A DNA stretch of 64,000 bases from an uncultured Acidobacteriota bacterium. Lineage in GTDB: Bacteria; Acidobacteriota; Terriglobia; Terriglobales; Acidobacteriaceae. The notes below the pieces were generated by a model. The model saw only the letters and a program-made list of their open reading frames with translations, was not told where the DNA came from and did no database searches. Of this stretch, positions 53,616 to 64,000 are shown piece by piece (the stretch's first letter is position 1; each line of letters starts with the position of its first letter). The stretch spans positions 5,880 to 69,879 of the forward strand of contig CAVUSL010000015.1 in NCBI GenBank assembly GCA_963744055.1, read 5' to 3'. Both the position numbers and the translations under genes were made by a program.

Positions 53616-56342
53616 CTATTGGAAGTTCGAGATCAGGACGACGTTGCTGTTGGCGTTCCCACGACTGAGGGCGAGTTGTTTCCCGTCATGCGACCACGCA
53701 AAATCGAGAATCAGGTCAGTCTTAAAGTGGGTGAGTTGTTTGGGAGGGCCTCCAGCGAGCGGCTGCTCCCAGAGATTGCCCACCCCATCGCGTGCGAGCA
53801 CGTAATGAAAAGACTTGCTGTCGGGCGACCAGCGAGGTCCAAATAAAGCAGCAGGCGCATCGAAGCGAAACAGCGGTGCGGCACCATCGGCGGGCACAGC
53901 GGCGAGAATCGAAGGGCTGTTTGGAGTCTTCCCCCACAAGTGGACGGCGATCATCTTTCCGTCCGGAGAAATAGCAACTCGTGGGCGATCGAGGTTATCG
54001 ATGAGTTTGATGATCTCGCCACCATCGATGGGGACTCTCCACGCGGCTCCGCCTCCACCTCCGCCCGGGTTTGGTGCGACGAAAGCAATCCACTTGCCGT
54101 CGGGAGAACAGGCAAGTCCCGAAGGAGACGGCTGCGCGGTACCTGTCTTCGTGATCTGGAAGGGGTTGGCGCCATCGGCGTCCACTCGCCACAGATCCGT
54201 CGCCGTTCCTGAACGCGACACATATACAAGGGAGCGGCCGTCGCCACAAGCAACCGGCAGAGACGCAGCGATCGGCTGCAGCGTGAGGTGCACGGGCGAA
54301 CTGCCCGGAACCAGCGTGAGAACGTGACCGTCGGAGCTGCTCGTCAGAAGCTTTCCATCGGCTGTCCAATCGACAAACGTGTGCGTCTCTCCCGAACTGA
54401 TCTGTTGACCGCTGTCCAGAGAACCGGCGTTCGCGACCCACAAGTCAGCGGTCGGGCGGTTTTGCATCACTGCCAGGGTCTTGCCGTCGTGGGTCAACCC
54501 GAGGCAGCAGGTGGAATAGTCGGTGGGATCATTGGTAAAGCGTCGAACCTCTCCGTTGGGATAACTCACATACACTATCTGGCCGCGTGCGCTTGCTGTC
54601 GCGGCACGCACAGCCAGCAGGAGGCCGCCTCCGTCCGGCAACCACACGGGCGGGCCAATAAAGGAACCGGCCTCGGGAGTGTAGAGGCTGCGCGACTTCC
54701 CGTCGGCAACGGAAACCAGTTCCAGCACGGCGCGCTGACCGCCATCGATCGCCCACAGCGGCACGGCGATGTTTTTGCCGTCAGGCGACCATGCCGGCGA
54801 CGCTGCAAAATTCGCGCTGATCACAGCGCGCAGCGAAACGACTCGCCGCTCGCCGCTACCATCAGCCGAAGCGATCAGCAAATCCCAAATGTCTTTTTCC
54901 GGCGTGCCGCGCAGGTAAGCAATCTCCTTCCCATCAGGAGAGAAAGCTACGCCCATATCCACGTCTCGAATCAACTGGGTTGCGGCGCCTCCCAACGACG
55001 CCATCCTGTACAGGTAAGAAAAGTTAAAGGTGCTCTTATCCGAGCGGACGAAGTACAAGTAGTTCCCGTCAGGCGAAAAGCTTAACCCGCTTATCGGCGC
55101 AGCCTCGGGCGCCAATACCTGTACGTCCGTCCCGGTCGCCACTTGCCGAACCCACAAGCTCTGCTTCTCGCCTTCTCGAACAATCCAGGCGACGTAGCGG
55201 CCATCTGGAGAAATCGCCAGGTTCGCAGCTTTCCCATTTTCTGTGAGTGGCGTGATCTGCATGGTCTGCAGGTTGAAAGTGGTGCTCTTTGGGCGAGAGG
55301 CGAACTTGTAGATGCCGAACGCCGCAGCTGCCACAACCAACATTGCCAGCCCAGCCCAAACGGCCTTTGATACCCCACCGCTTTTCGGTGGCAATGCGAT
55401 TTGTGCAGAGGCGGAAGACGAGCTTCCCAACTGTGTTGCCGCAACACCTCCGGTAGGGCTAGTCGTCGCGCGCACTTTTCCGGAACTGGTGTCGCGCTTA
55501 AGCCGCTTTAACTCGGCGCGCATTTCATTTGCGCCCTGGTAGCGCAGGTCGCGGTCTTTCTCAAGCGCGGTGCGGATAATTTCTTCCAGCTTCGCAGGCA
55601 TTGCCGGATTGATGTCGGTTGCCGAGGGCGCTTCATGATTCAGAATTCCATCGAAGATCAGTGCCGTCGTCTCGCCTGCAAACGGCAAGCGGCCCGTCGC
55701 CATCTCGTACAGCACGGCGCCGAAGGAAAACAGATCGCTGCGCGCATCCAGTTCCTTGCCTTTGGCCTGCTCAGGCGACATGTAGGCGACGGTACCGACG
55801 GCCGTGCCCGGGCTCGTAAGATGGGGCTCCACGCCTCCCGTCATGGTGTCGTCCTGTTGCGCCCGCGCGCCTGACTCCAATTTCGCCAATCCGAAGTCCA
55901 ATACTTTTGCGTGCCCGCGCTTGGTCACGAAAATATTTGCGGGCTTGATGTCACGATGCACGATGCCCGCCGAGTGCGCTGCGTCCAGAGCGTCGGCAAT
56001 GTCGATGGCGAGGGACAGCAATGTTTCGAGATCGAGCGGGCGGCCACCGATGCGATGCTTCAGCGTCACGCCATCCAGGAACTCCATGGCGATGAAGGCC
56101 TGGCCCTCTTCGTTCCCGATGTCGTAGATGGTGCAGATGTTCGGATGGTTCAGCGCCGAAGCTGCCTGCGCCTCACGCTGGAAGCGTGCCAGCGCCTGCG
56201 AATCCTTGGAAACCTCTTCAGGTAGGAATTTGAGAGCGACGAAACGGTGGAGACGGGTGTCTTCGGCCTTGTAGACCACCCCCATACCACCGCCACCCAA
56301 CTTCTCGACGATTTGATAATGCGAGATGGTCCGGCCAATCAT
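53616..56342 (-). CDS. Ser/Thr protein kinase with a single TM helix and C-terminal TolB-like beta-propeller repeats
   Basis: 908-aa ORF with [26 protein letters not shown] and GTVAYMSPE. It then has a TM helix and many SPDG repeat blades. Confidence 0.9.
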   Translation of the reverse strand: MIGRTISHYQIVEKLGGGGMGVVYKAEDTRLHRFVALKFLPEEVSKDSQALARFQREAQAASALNHPNICTIYDIGNEEGQAFIAMEFLDGVTLKHRIGGRPLDLETLLSLAIDIADALDAAHSAGIVHRDIKPANIFVTKRGHAKVLDFGLAKLESGARAQQDDTMTGGVEPHLTSPGTAVGTVAYMSPEQAKGKELDARSDLFSFGAVLYEMATGRLPFAGETTALIFDGILNHEAPSATDINPAMPAKLEEIIRTALEKDRDLRYQGANEMRAELKRLKRDTSSGKVRATTSPTGGVAATQLGSSSSASAQIALPPKSGGVSKAVWAGLAMLVVAAAAFGIYKFASRPKSTTFNLQTMQITPLTENGKAANLAISPDGRYVAWIVREGEKQSLWVRQVATGTDVQVLAPEAAPISGLSFSPDGNYLYFVRSDKSTFNFSYLYRMASLGGAATQLIRDVDMGVAFSPDGKEIAYLRGTPEKDIWDLLIASADGSGERRVVSLRAVISANFAASPAWSPDGKNIAVPLWAIDGGQRAVLELVSVADGKSRSLYTPEAGSFIGPPVWLPDGGGLLLAVRAATASARGQIVYVSYPNGEVRRFTNDPTDYSTCCLGLTHDGKTLAVMQNRPTADLWVANAGSLDSGQQISSGETHTFVDWTADGKLLTSSSDGHVLTLVPGSSPVHLTLQPIAASLPVACGDGRSLVYVSRSGTATDLWRVDADGANPFQITKTGTAQPSPSGLACSPDGKWIAFVAPNPGGGGGGAAWRVPIDGGEIIKLIDNLDRPRVAISPDGKMIAVHLWGKTPNSPSILAAVPADGAAPLFRFDAPAALFGPRWSPDSKSFHYVLARDGVGNLWEQPLAGGPPKQLTHFKTDLILDFAWSHDGKQLALSRGNANSNVVLISNFQ

Positions 56343-56458
56343 GGCTTTGCCTCAGGACACGCGTCCAAAGGCATGGGAATGGTAGTCGGAACCGGGCGGG
56401 GCGTCAAAGAGGTTCTGGATCGCGCGTTTCGATCAGCACGCCACGATTGCCAAGCCGC

Positions 56459-58180
56459 TTACTGTAAAGCGGCTTGCGTAGCTTTGACGATATCGTTTCC
56501 GCTTTGAGAGGTGTAATACACACTCGAGGCTTCTGCGGCGACATTGTTGTTGTCGACAGTGATGGTGCCCGTTCCCCCGGATGCGTTGAATATCACGTTG
56601 TTCACGTTGGCTGCTGTGGGGAATCCGCTGGTGATGTCCATGGACCGGATGCATCCACTGCCACCCTGAGCCTGGCACGCGGCGCTAATCCCCACAAACA
56701 TGAAATCCTTCGCCAGGCGGGAGTTGAAGAACTCGGTCAAGGGAGATGCCAACACACCGGTTGTGTTTCCTACCGATAGCGCAAGTGGTCCGTTGGCGGT
56801 AGTCGCATTCAGCTTGAATGTGGCGTCGGCAAATCCGATGTTGTAAAGAGCCGCACGCTGCGTACCGGAGGAATCGTTTCCCGCGACATACAAGAAGGCC
56901 GTTCCGAAAGCTGCACCGGAGTAGTAGGCGTTGTTGAAGTCGCCTTCCAGAACCGCATTCGCGCTACCGGTGCCGATGTTCACGACAACTTTACTGGCAG
57001 CCGTTAGGCTAGTATCGGCTTGCGCCACCACCGCATTGGTTCCGTTGGGATTGCCTGCGAACGCGTACACCTTTTGCCGGCTCGAATCCACGACCAAGGG
57101 TGCGGCGGTAATTCCCGTACCCGCGAAGGAAAAGCTTCCCGAGTGAACGACTGCAGGGGAGACTGAATCGTCGATGTAGTCGATGTGCCCAGTGCCATCG
57201 GTGGCGAAAACGTGCCGCGAGACGTTGTCGTACACCGGAGTCGAAACGCCGGGATTTCCGGGAATGGTGGCTGGCCAACCACCCGTCGTGACTTCGGAAA
57301 GCGTACCGTTAAACACACCCGAAAACTTGTGCACGACGCTGGACGTACCGTTGGTCGTCACGTAGGCAACATCATGTGCATAGTCGACGAACGGCCCAGT
57401 GGTGGATCCACCCGCGAGGGATATTTTTGTGTCGACTGCAGTGTTCCCGGTTCCGGGAGCAACCGGAGCAGTCGCCGAGGTGCCGTTACCAACTCCCGTG
57501 GCGAATTTCAGCACGTGAAAATTGGATGTGCCTGCGGCGACGTTGTTTTCGCTGAAAGCTACCTTTTGCCCATTGAGTGACAGCGCGACCAAACTAGGGA
57601 CCTGGCCGCCACCCACGTTGTAGGCGAACATAACGAGCGGTCCTGTTCCCGCGCAAAAGCCCGTTCCGCCCGGATTGGTATAAAGGCGATTCAGCCCGAT
57701 GATGTTGGCCTGCGTTCCGCTCCCGTTCGCCGCAATGCCGGTAACCACGAAGTCCGTCGTACAACTGGGGGCCGCTGTCACATCAAACACAAACTTTGCC
57801 GGGCCCGAGATTCTCCCTCCACTTCCGCCGCCGAGGGAAAAACTCCAATCGCGATGGCTCAGCGCCTGCTTGTGTTTTCGGTGGTGATCGTCCCGGTCAT
57901 GCTCCCGGTCATCGTCACCATCCCTGTCACGTTCGCGCTCGCGGTCCCCGTCGAATACCGGCAGCGGCCGCGTGGCATGGCGGCGCAAGTATTGGTGCCA
58001 GAAACGAGGATCAGCCAGCACCGCGCCGCGATTTTCGCGGGCAACGTCCTCAGCGAAGATCACGTGGCGACTGCTCCAGTCTTCAACCATGCTGACGGGA
58101 ATGTGCCCGTTCTCCTGGGCGGCTACCAAAGTCAGTCCGCTCAATACCACCGCGCATGCCACCAGGATCTTTTTTTTCAC
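56459..58180 (-). CDS. Secreted hypothetical protein with a His/Asp/Arg-rich tract and a Gly/Thr/Asn-rich beta-rich body
   Basis: I trimmed the ORF 56459..58570 to the GTG at 58180 (AGGAG 10 nt upstream; KKKILVACAVVLSGLTLVAAQ is a signal peptide). The charged tract DGDRERERDRDGDDDREHDRDDHHRKHK spans 57866-57952. Confidence 0.55.
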   Translation of the reverse strand: MKKKILVACAVVLSGLTLVAAQENGHIPVSMVEDWSSRHVIFAEDVARENRGAVLADPRFWHQYLRRHATRPLPVFDGDRERERDRDGDDDREHDRDDHHRKHKQALSHRDWSFSLGGGSGGRISGPAKFVFDVTAAPSCTTDFVVTGIAANGSGTQANIIGLNRLYTNPGGTGFCAGTGPLVMFAYNVGGGQVPSLVALSLNGQKVAFSENNVAAGTSNFHVLKFATGVGNGTSATAPVAPGTGNTAVDTKISLAGGSTTGPFVDYAHDVAYVTTNGTSSVVHKFSGVFNGTLSEVTTGGWPATIPGNPGVSTPVYDNVSRHVFATDGTGHIDYIDDSVSPAVVHSGSFSFAGTGITAAPLVVDSSRQKVYAFAGNPNGTNAVVAQADTSLTAASKVVVNIGTGSANAVLEGDFNNAYYSGAAFGTAFLYVAGNDSSGTQRAALYNIGFADATFKLNATTANGPLALSVGNTTGVLASPLTEFFNSRLAKDFMFVGISAACQAQGGSGCIRSMDITSGFPTAANVNNVIFNASGGTGTITVDNNNVAAEASSVYYTSQSGNDIVKATQAALQ

Positions 58181-58890
58181 GCTAGCCAATCTCCTGCCTG
58201 ATGAAATCCGGACTTTCCGCTGCCTGCCGAACATGGGGAGTTGCGACGTCCGATGCGTGGCGGCCGACGCGGCGCTTTCGGAAGGGAAATTATGGCTGTC
58301 ATCATACCGTTCACTGCTCGGTACTAGAAGGTTACTGGAGTTACCAGCTGCGTAAATCCAGCGGGAAAGAGCGCCCCAGTCGCAGAAAGGTTCTCTCTCA
58401 CGACGACTTTCGATTGAACCTGCACTGGGGTTGCGATGGGCTGATTTTCCCGCAGGCCAACGCCATGGTCTCGAAGGCCCGCTCAAACCGGAAATCCGGC
58501 TTGTGATAAGGCTTTCGCCGAGGTTCGGCTTTCGAGCTTTCATGTGCTGCACGAACCGTAACGGCTTCACCCATCTGAAATTGCCTTCCCCTCGACTTGT
58601 TCATTCTAGGGAGTCACCGCAAGAATCCCGAGCACCGTTTCGCTTCACCCATTAACCCGCAAGGTACTCCCGTAAGTGCCGGAGGAGGGCCGCAACTGAA
58701 GGCGCGCTGACCATTTCACTTCTTCGCGGGACAACGATGGCAATAGTTGTTGGGGCGGTCGAATCATCAAGAGTTTGTCAGGCAGCAGAAATACCGCAAA
58801 AATCGCATTTCACTGGAGGCAGTTCCCCGCATTGCTACCCCGCATTTGCCACTCCGCGCTCGTTCTCCCTAGAATAGGCAGATACCCTGA

Positions 58891-60414
<1,524 letters not shown>

Positions 60415-60450
60415 GCTGCGTGCCGGCCACGGTGTTCTGGTCGCTGCGCT

Positions 60451-61005
60451 TTGAGCACGGATGTCTCACCGGGTCCGGCGATCTGGAAGCCCTGGCTGGC
60501 TGCACTGCTTTGGCTTGGACTCATCGCGTTTGAGTCCACCAATGCGCTTTCTTCGGCGCAAACCAGCAGGATTCTCTATCCCCTACTCCATTTTCTGCTG
60601 GGCCTCGATCCCGTCCGCTTTCTCACCTGGCACTTCATTCTGCGCAAGACTGGGCACGTCATCGGGTATGCGGTGCTCAGCCTGCTGTTTTATCGTGCGT
60701 GGAAGGCGACGATCTCAGTCACCGGAAATCCACGGTGGTCCATCGTATGGGCGGGCATTGCGTTCACGATGACCGCGCTAGTGGCGAGCCTTGACGAATG
60801 GCATCAGACGTTTCTGCCATCGCGCACCGGAACGATCCGGGATGTCGTGCTTGACAGCAGTGCCGCCCTCTTCATCCAAATTATCGTCTTCCTTTGGTTG
60901 CGGCGAGGGAGAAACGCCACTCCCGACAAACAGGGGAACGACATACCTGAAGCAAACTATCCCGAACCGACCTCCCGTCGAAGCTCTACACCGGCGACGG
61001 ACTAG
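60451..61005 (+). CDS. VanZ family membrane protein
   Basis: 184-aa ORF with a TTG start and 4 TM helices. KTGHVIGYAVLS and DEWHQTFLPSRTG...DVVLD are VanZ-like patterns. Confidence 0.65.
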   Translation: MSTDVSPGPAIWKPWLAALLWLGLIAFESTNALSSAQTSRILYPLLHFLLGLDPVRFLTWHFILRKTGHVIGYAVLSLLFYRAWKATISVTGNPRWSIVWAGIAFTMTALVASLDEWHQTFLPSRTGTIRDVVLDSSAALFIQIIVFLWLRRGRNATPDKQGNDIPEANYPEPTSRRSSTPATD

Positions 61006-62264
61006 CTTGCCCGCAGTTCGGCGGACGTTTTCAGGCCCCGTGCCAGAAGCAGAAGCACTGCACATAAGACAGCCGTGCCCGAGGAAATGAAGAACGGCAA
61101 TCGGGGACCATACACCTTCCACAGTTCGCCCGTGATCAGGCTCGCAAGCAAGGTCGCAATGCTGGTCGCAGAGAAGTAGACTCCTAGCGCTCTGCCACGC
61201 ATCTCAGGAGCCGACGTCTCGACCACCAGAGCTTTCAGTACTGGGGCCGTGAGAGCGTAGAACAGCCCGTAGAGAGCCATAGCAGTCCAGATAAGGCTGA
61301 CGGATGCTCCTACCCCAAATGCGAAGTAGGTCAATCCGAACACGAGATACCCAAGGGCGGCAACCGTACGCCGAGACACTCGATCGCTGAGACGTCCAGC
61401 CGGCCAAGCTGCCAGCGTATAAGTCACGTTGAAGACCAGGCCCAGCAAGGGAGCGAGCGCAACTGGAATGCCGACACTTTCCGCGCGCAAAACCAGGAAC
61501 ATATCGCTCGAGTTTCCAAGAGAGAACAGGGTCACGACGAACAGAACGTAATAGAACCTGCGAGACAGTCGCGCATACGCCGGAACCGATGTCGGGGCTG
61601 GAGCGACCGCAGCGCTCGAACAAATGTCCCGGTGCTCCTCCCGCATCTCGGGGGTGCTCGGAACGTCTTTTCGAACGACGCCGCGAACCGTTTCTCGGAT
61701 TCCGAACAGTGCGACTACGACACACAAACCGCCAGGAAGCGCAGCCATCCAGAATACTGACCGCATGCCTCCACCACGCTCGAGGATCCAGAGCGCGAGC
61801 AACGGACCAGCGATCGCGCCGGCAGAATCCATGGCTTGGATCAAGCCGTAGGCAGAACCGATCCGGTCGCCACTCACCGACTCCGCGACCATCACGTCGC
61901 GCGCCGTGCCACGCGCTCCTTTCGCAAAGCGATCGACGAATCGGATGGCCAGCACCTGCCACCAGAAATTCACCAGGGCCAGCAAGGGCTTCGCAGCATT
62001 CGCCACGATATAACCGGCGACTACCAGAGGTTTGCGGCGCGACCAGCGGTCTGCGAGATACCCGGAGAACAGCTTGGCGAGCGAGGCAACGCTTTCGGCA
62101 ATGCCCTCGATCAGGCCCAGTTGCGCGGGCCCGGCGCCGATGGAAGCCAGGAACGCCGGCAGCACCCAGTAGGCCATTTCGCTGGCCGTGTCATTGAAAA
62201 ACGAAGTGAGACCGAAAGCGTAGAGATTGCGCGGCGTGTCTGGCTCATGGCGACGATCTGCCAT
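61002..62264 (-). CDS. MFS transporter
   Basis: 420-aa ORF with ~12 TM helices and the loop 2-3 motif GYLADRWSRRKP. Confidence 0.8.
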   Translation of the reverse strand: MADRRHEPDTPRNLYAFGLTSFFNDTASEMAYWVLPAFLASIGAGPAQLGLIEGIAESVASLAKLFSGYLADRWSRRKPLVVAGYIVANAAKPLLALVNFWWQVLAIRFVDRFAKGARGTARDVMVAESVSGDRIGSAYGLIQAMDSAGAIAGPLLALWILERGGGMRSVFWMAALPGGLCVVVALFGIRETVRGVVRKDVPSTPEMREEHRDICSSAAVAPAPTSVPAYARLSRRFYYVLFVVTLFSLGNSSDMFLVLRAESVGIPVALAPLLGLVFNVTYTLAAWPAGRLSDRVSRRTVAALGYLVFGLTYFAFGVGASVSLIWTAMALYGLFYALTAPVLKALVVETSAPEMRGRALGVYFSATSIATLLASLITGELWKVYGPRLPFFISSGTAVLCAVLLLLARGLKTSAELRAS

Positions 62265-62326
62265 GCAGAAGTTCTATCACGAAGAGGTATGACCTAAGCT
62301 GAAGACCAACGACTGAGAACTGGAGA

Positions 62327-62818
62327 CTAGTACAGAGCGTCGTACTTGGTGACGTCCCACTGGCCGGATTTCCTCTCGAGCGTGACGGAAAGCAACCCGC
62401 TGTAGGCGGTACTGTCGCCGGGCGCATTCAGGCGCTTGCCCTGGTAGTGCAGAATGCGCAAGGGCGGCTGATCTTCCCAGTCGACCAACTGCCATCCGAT
62501 CAGAGGATGCTTGTCCTCGGAATCGCAGATGAACTTCGCATACTTCTTGCGATAGTCGTGTTCCCAGTCGGAGAGTTCCTCGCGGCATTTCCCGTCTTTT
62601 AACGAGCGCATGAATACAGCTGCAGCTTTTTCAGAAGAGTGGTCGCGCAGCGGATTCAGTCGAATGGAATTTGGAATGCCCGTGAGTGAATCGCGGTCCT
62701 CGGACTTGGCCAGCACGGGCGGCTGGTTATTTAACCAGGCGAGGTAGCCAAGGAAAATCAGCACCAGCAACATGCCGGCGCCGACCGCGATATACATCTG
62801 ATTCTTGGTGAACTCCAT
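62327..62818 (-). CDS. Hypothetical membrane-anchored protein
   Basis: 163-aa ORF with an N-terminal TM helix (MYIAVGAGMLLVLIFLGYLAW) followed by a soluble domain. I recognised no motif. Confidence 0.5.
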   Translation of the reverse strand: MEFTKNQMYIAVGAGMLLVLIFLGYLAWLNNQPPVLAKSEDRDSLTGIPNSIRLNPLRDHSSEKAAAVFMRSLKDGKCREELSDWEHDYRKKYAKFICDSEDKHPLIGWQLVDWEDQPPLRILHYQGKRLNAPGDSTAYSGLLSVTLERKSGQWDVTKYDALY

Positions 62819-62930
62819 AGACTGTGCCTTAGAGTTTAGGAAGGGATTGCCGAAGCAACAAGTTACCCTCGTTAGATTCCGGAGTACATGTACTACCGGG
62901 AGCCTTAATCAAAGCCTTTGGATTTTTCGG

Positions 62931-62961
62931 AAAAGAAAAACGCACCCATGAATGGGTGCGT
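62931..62961 (-). terminator. Intrinsic terminator after rplQ
   Basis: On the minus strand: ACGCACCCA-ttca-TGGGTGCGT followed by TTTTTCTTTT, about 20 nt after the rplQ stop. Confidence 0.8.
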
Positions 62962-62983
62962 CCTAGGTGATCGTAAAATCGAC

Positions 62984-63496
62984 CTACTTCTCTTCGTCCT
63001 TTTTCTCGGGCTCGCTGGCAGCCTGGGCTTCGTTCTGCGCTTGAGCCTGTGCGTCGGCTTCCTCCATCGCTTTCTTGGCTTCCGCGACGCGCTTGGCGCG
63101 CGCTTCGGCGCGCTTCTCCCGCTTTTCGTCGAGCACTTTTTCACTGCCGAGCAGTTCGACGAAAGCCTTCTCGGCGCCATCGCCCTTCTGCCAGGTCGTG
63201 CGCACGATGCGCAGGTACCCGCCATTGCGGTCGCCGAAACGGGGAGCGATCGTGTCGAACAGCTTGGTGACCGACTCCTTCGTCATCAGGTAAGCCCCCG
63301 CCAGACGGCGCGCCGCCAGATCGCCGCGCTTGCCGAGCGTGATCATTTTCTCGACGTGCGGACGCATGGCCTTCGCCTTGGGGATCGTCGTCTCAATGCG
63401 CTCTTCCACGATGAGCGAAGTGACCAGGTTGCGGAGCAAAGAGCGCCGGTGCGCCGTGTTCCGTCCGAGTTTCCATCCAGCTACTTTGTGACGCAT
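62984..63496 (-). CDS. rplQ: 50S ribosomal protein L17 with a ~50-aa Lys/Glu/Ala-rich C-terminal extension
   Basis: MRHKVAGWKLGRNTAHRRSLLRNL... is the canonical L17 N-terminus. The ORF is 170 aa in total. Confidence 0.95.
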   Translation of the reverse strand: MRHKVAGWKLGRNTAHRRSLLRNLVTSLIVEERIETTIPKAKAMRPHVEKMITLGKRGDLAARRLAGAYLMTKESVTKLFDTIAPRFGDRNGGYLRIVRTTWQKGDGAEKAFVELLGSEKVLDEKREKRAEARAKRVAEAKKAMEEADAQAQAQNEAQAASEPEKKDEEK

Positions 63497-63510
63497 GGCA
63501 AAACCTCTAA

Positions 63511-63603
63511 AAGTTTCGAGTTTCAGGTTTCAAGTTTCGGGTGGTTTCGCAAGCAGCGATCTTCGCAAGCTTTCGACACTCGAAACCCGAAACTTGAAAC
63601 TGG
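63511..63603. repeat. GTTTC/GAAAC-word hairpin (family D) in the rpoA-rplQ spacer
   Basis: gtttcaagtttcgggt (left) pairs perfectly with acccgaaacttgaaac (right). The interior contains a second palindrome, cgcaagc...gcttgcg-like. Confidence 0.75.
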
Positions 63604-63609
63604 CAGTTC

Positions 63610-64000
63610 TTACAGTTCGTCGTCCGCGCCGTAAGCCGACGCCGGCAGCACCTGGTTGGAAGTCGGTCCGGGTACGGCGTTGCCGTGCTCGTCGATCTTC
63701 ATGCCCAGGCTCAATCCCATCGAGTTGAGAATCTCCTTGATCTCGTTCAGCGACTTGCGGCCGAAATTCTTCGTCTTCAGCATCTCGGCTTCGGTCTTCT
63801 GCACGAGTTCGCCGATGGTCTGGATATTCGCGTTCTTCAGGCAGTTGTAGCTGCGCACGCTCAGCTCGAGCTCTTCCACGGAGCGGTTCAGGTTCTCGTT
63901 CTTGATCTCAGGCTTGCGATCATCGGATGAGGCCGCGGTCTCGATCTCTTCCTCGAAGTTGATGAAGATGTTCATGTGATCCTTCACCAGCTTCGCCGCC
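63610..64000 (-). CDS. rpoA: DNA-directed RNA polymerase alpha subunit, C-terminal part (5' end off the window)
   Basis: The alpha-CTD motif [24 protein letters not shown]...[11 protein letters not shown] is present. The ORF stays open to the window edge. Confidence 0.95.
   Translation of the reverse strand, partial: AAKLVKDHMNIFINFEEEIETAASSDDRKPEIKNENLNRSVEELELSVRSYNCLKNANIQTIGELVQKTEAEMLKTKNFGRKSLNEIKEILNSMGLSLGMKIDEHGNAVPGPTSNQVLPASAYGADDEL

Noticed and set aside
58205-58222. GGAAAGTCCGG on the minus strand, reminiscent of the RNase P RNA P4 motif GAGGAAAGUCCGGGC.
   Set aside because: The match does not extend (AUUUC follows instead of GCUC). The other universally conserved RNase P segments are absent or in the wrong order in the surrounding 700 nt.
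58181-58570. A 130-codon N-terminal extension of the 56459..58570 ORF (703 aa).
   Set aside because: The extension is Ser/Arg-rich with lower third-position GC. A GTG at 58180 with an AGGAG SD immediately precedes a classical signal peptide. The open frame may partly reflect the overlapping candidate small ORF.

Overview
64-kb, moderately GC-rich bacterial chromosomal segment. The gene content suggests an Acidobacteriota (Terriglobia-like) genome: a DUF507 pair, a Ser/Thr kinase fused to TolB-like propellers, many signal-peptide proteins and a long Pro/Ala-rich IF-2 linker, plus the style of the intergenic repeats. This taxonomic call is my inference and was not checked against any database. 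I call about 54 protein-coding genes, mostly core housekeeping in classical operons: queG; recJ; lptC/A-lptB-rpoN-hpf; a CspA-type gene; comF; yggS-yggU; rimP-nusA-infB-DUF503-rbfA-nrnA; guaB; rplQ and the 3' end of rpoA. I saw no rRNA, tRNA, CRISPR array, integrase or prophage, and there is no canonical defence island. Six things stand out. (i) A dense and diverse load of structured intergenic repeats (at least five sequence families, roughly 30 copies), together with one RAYT-type Y1 transposase whose own 3' end is built from these hairpins and is duplicated with them. One repeat family has entered a coding region in frame. (ii) Two conserved genes (hpf and an S9 peptidase) are each interrupted by a single +1 frame change. 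(iii) A 758-aa LptC/LptA-like fusion protein. (iv) Several secreted proteins have metalloprotease-like folds with zinc or catalytic residues replaced, including a ~1080-aa membrane-anchored Ig-repeat protein with a dead matrixin-like domain. (v) A translationally coupled small-protein plus minimal-nucleotidyltransferase pair that looks TA-like. (vi) A candidate small peptide gene in a 725-bp intergenic region. All functional calls rest on motif recognition by eye; none was verified by a search.
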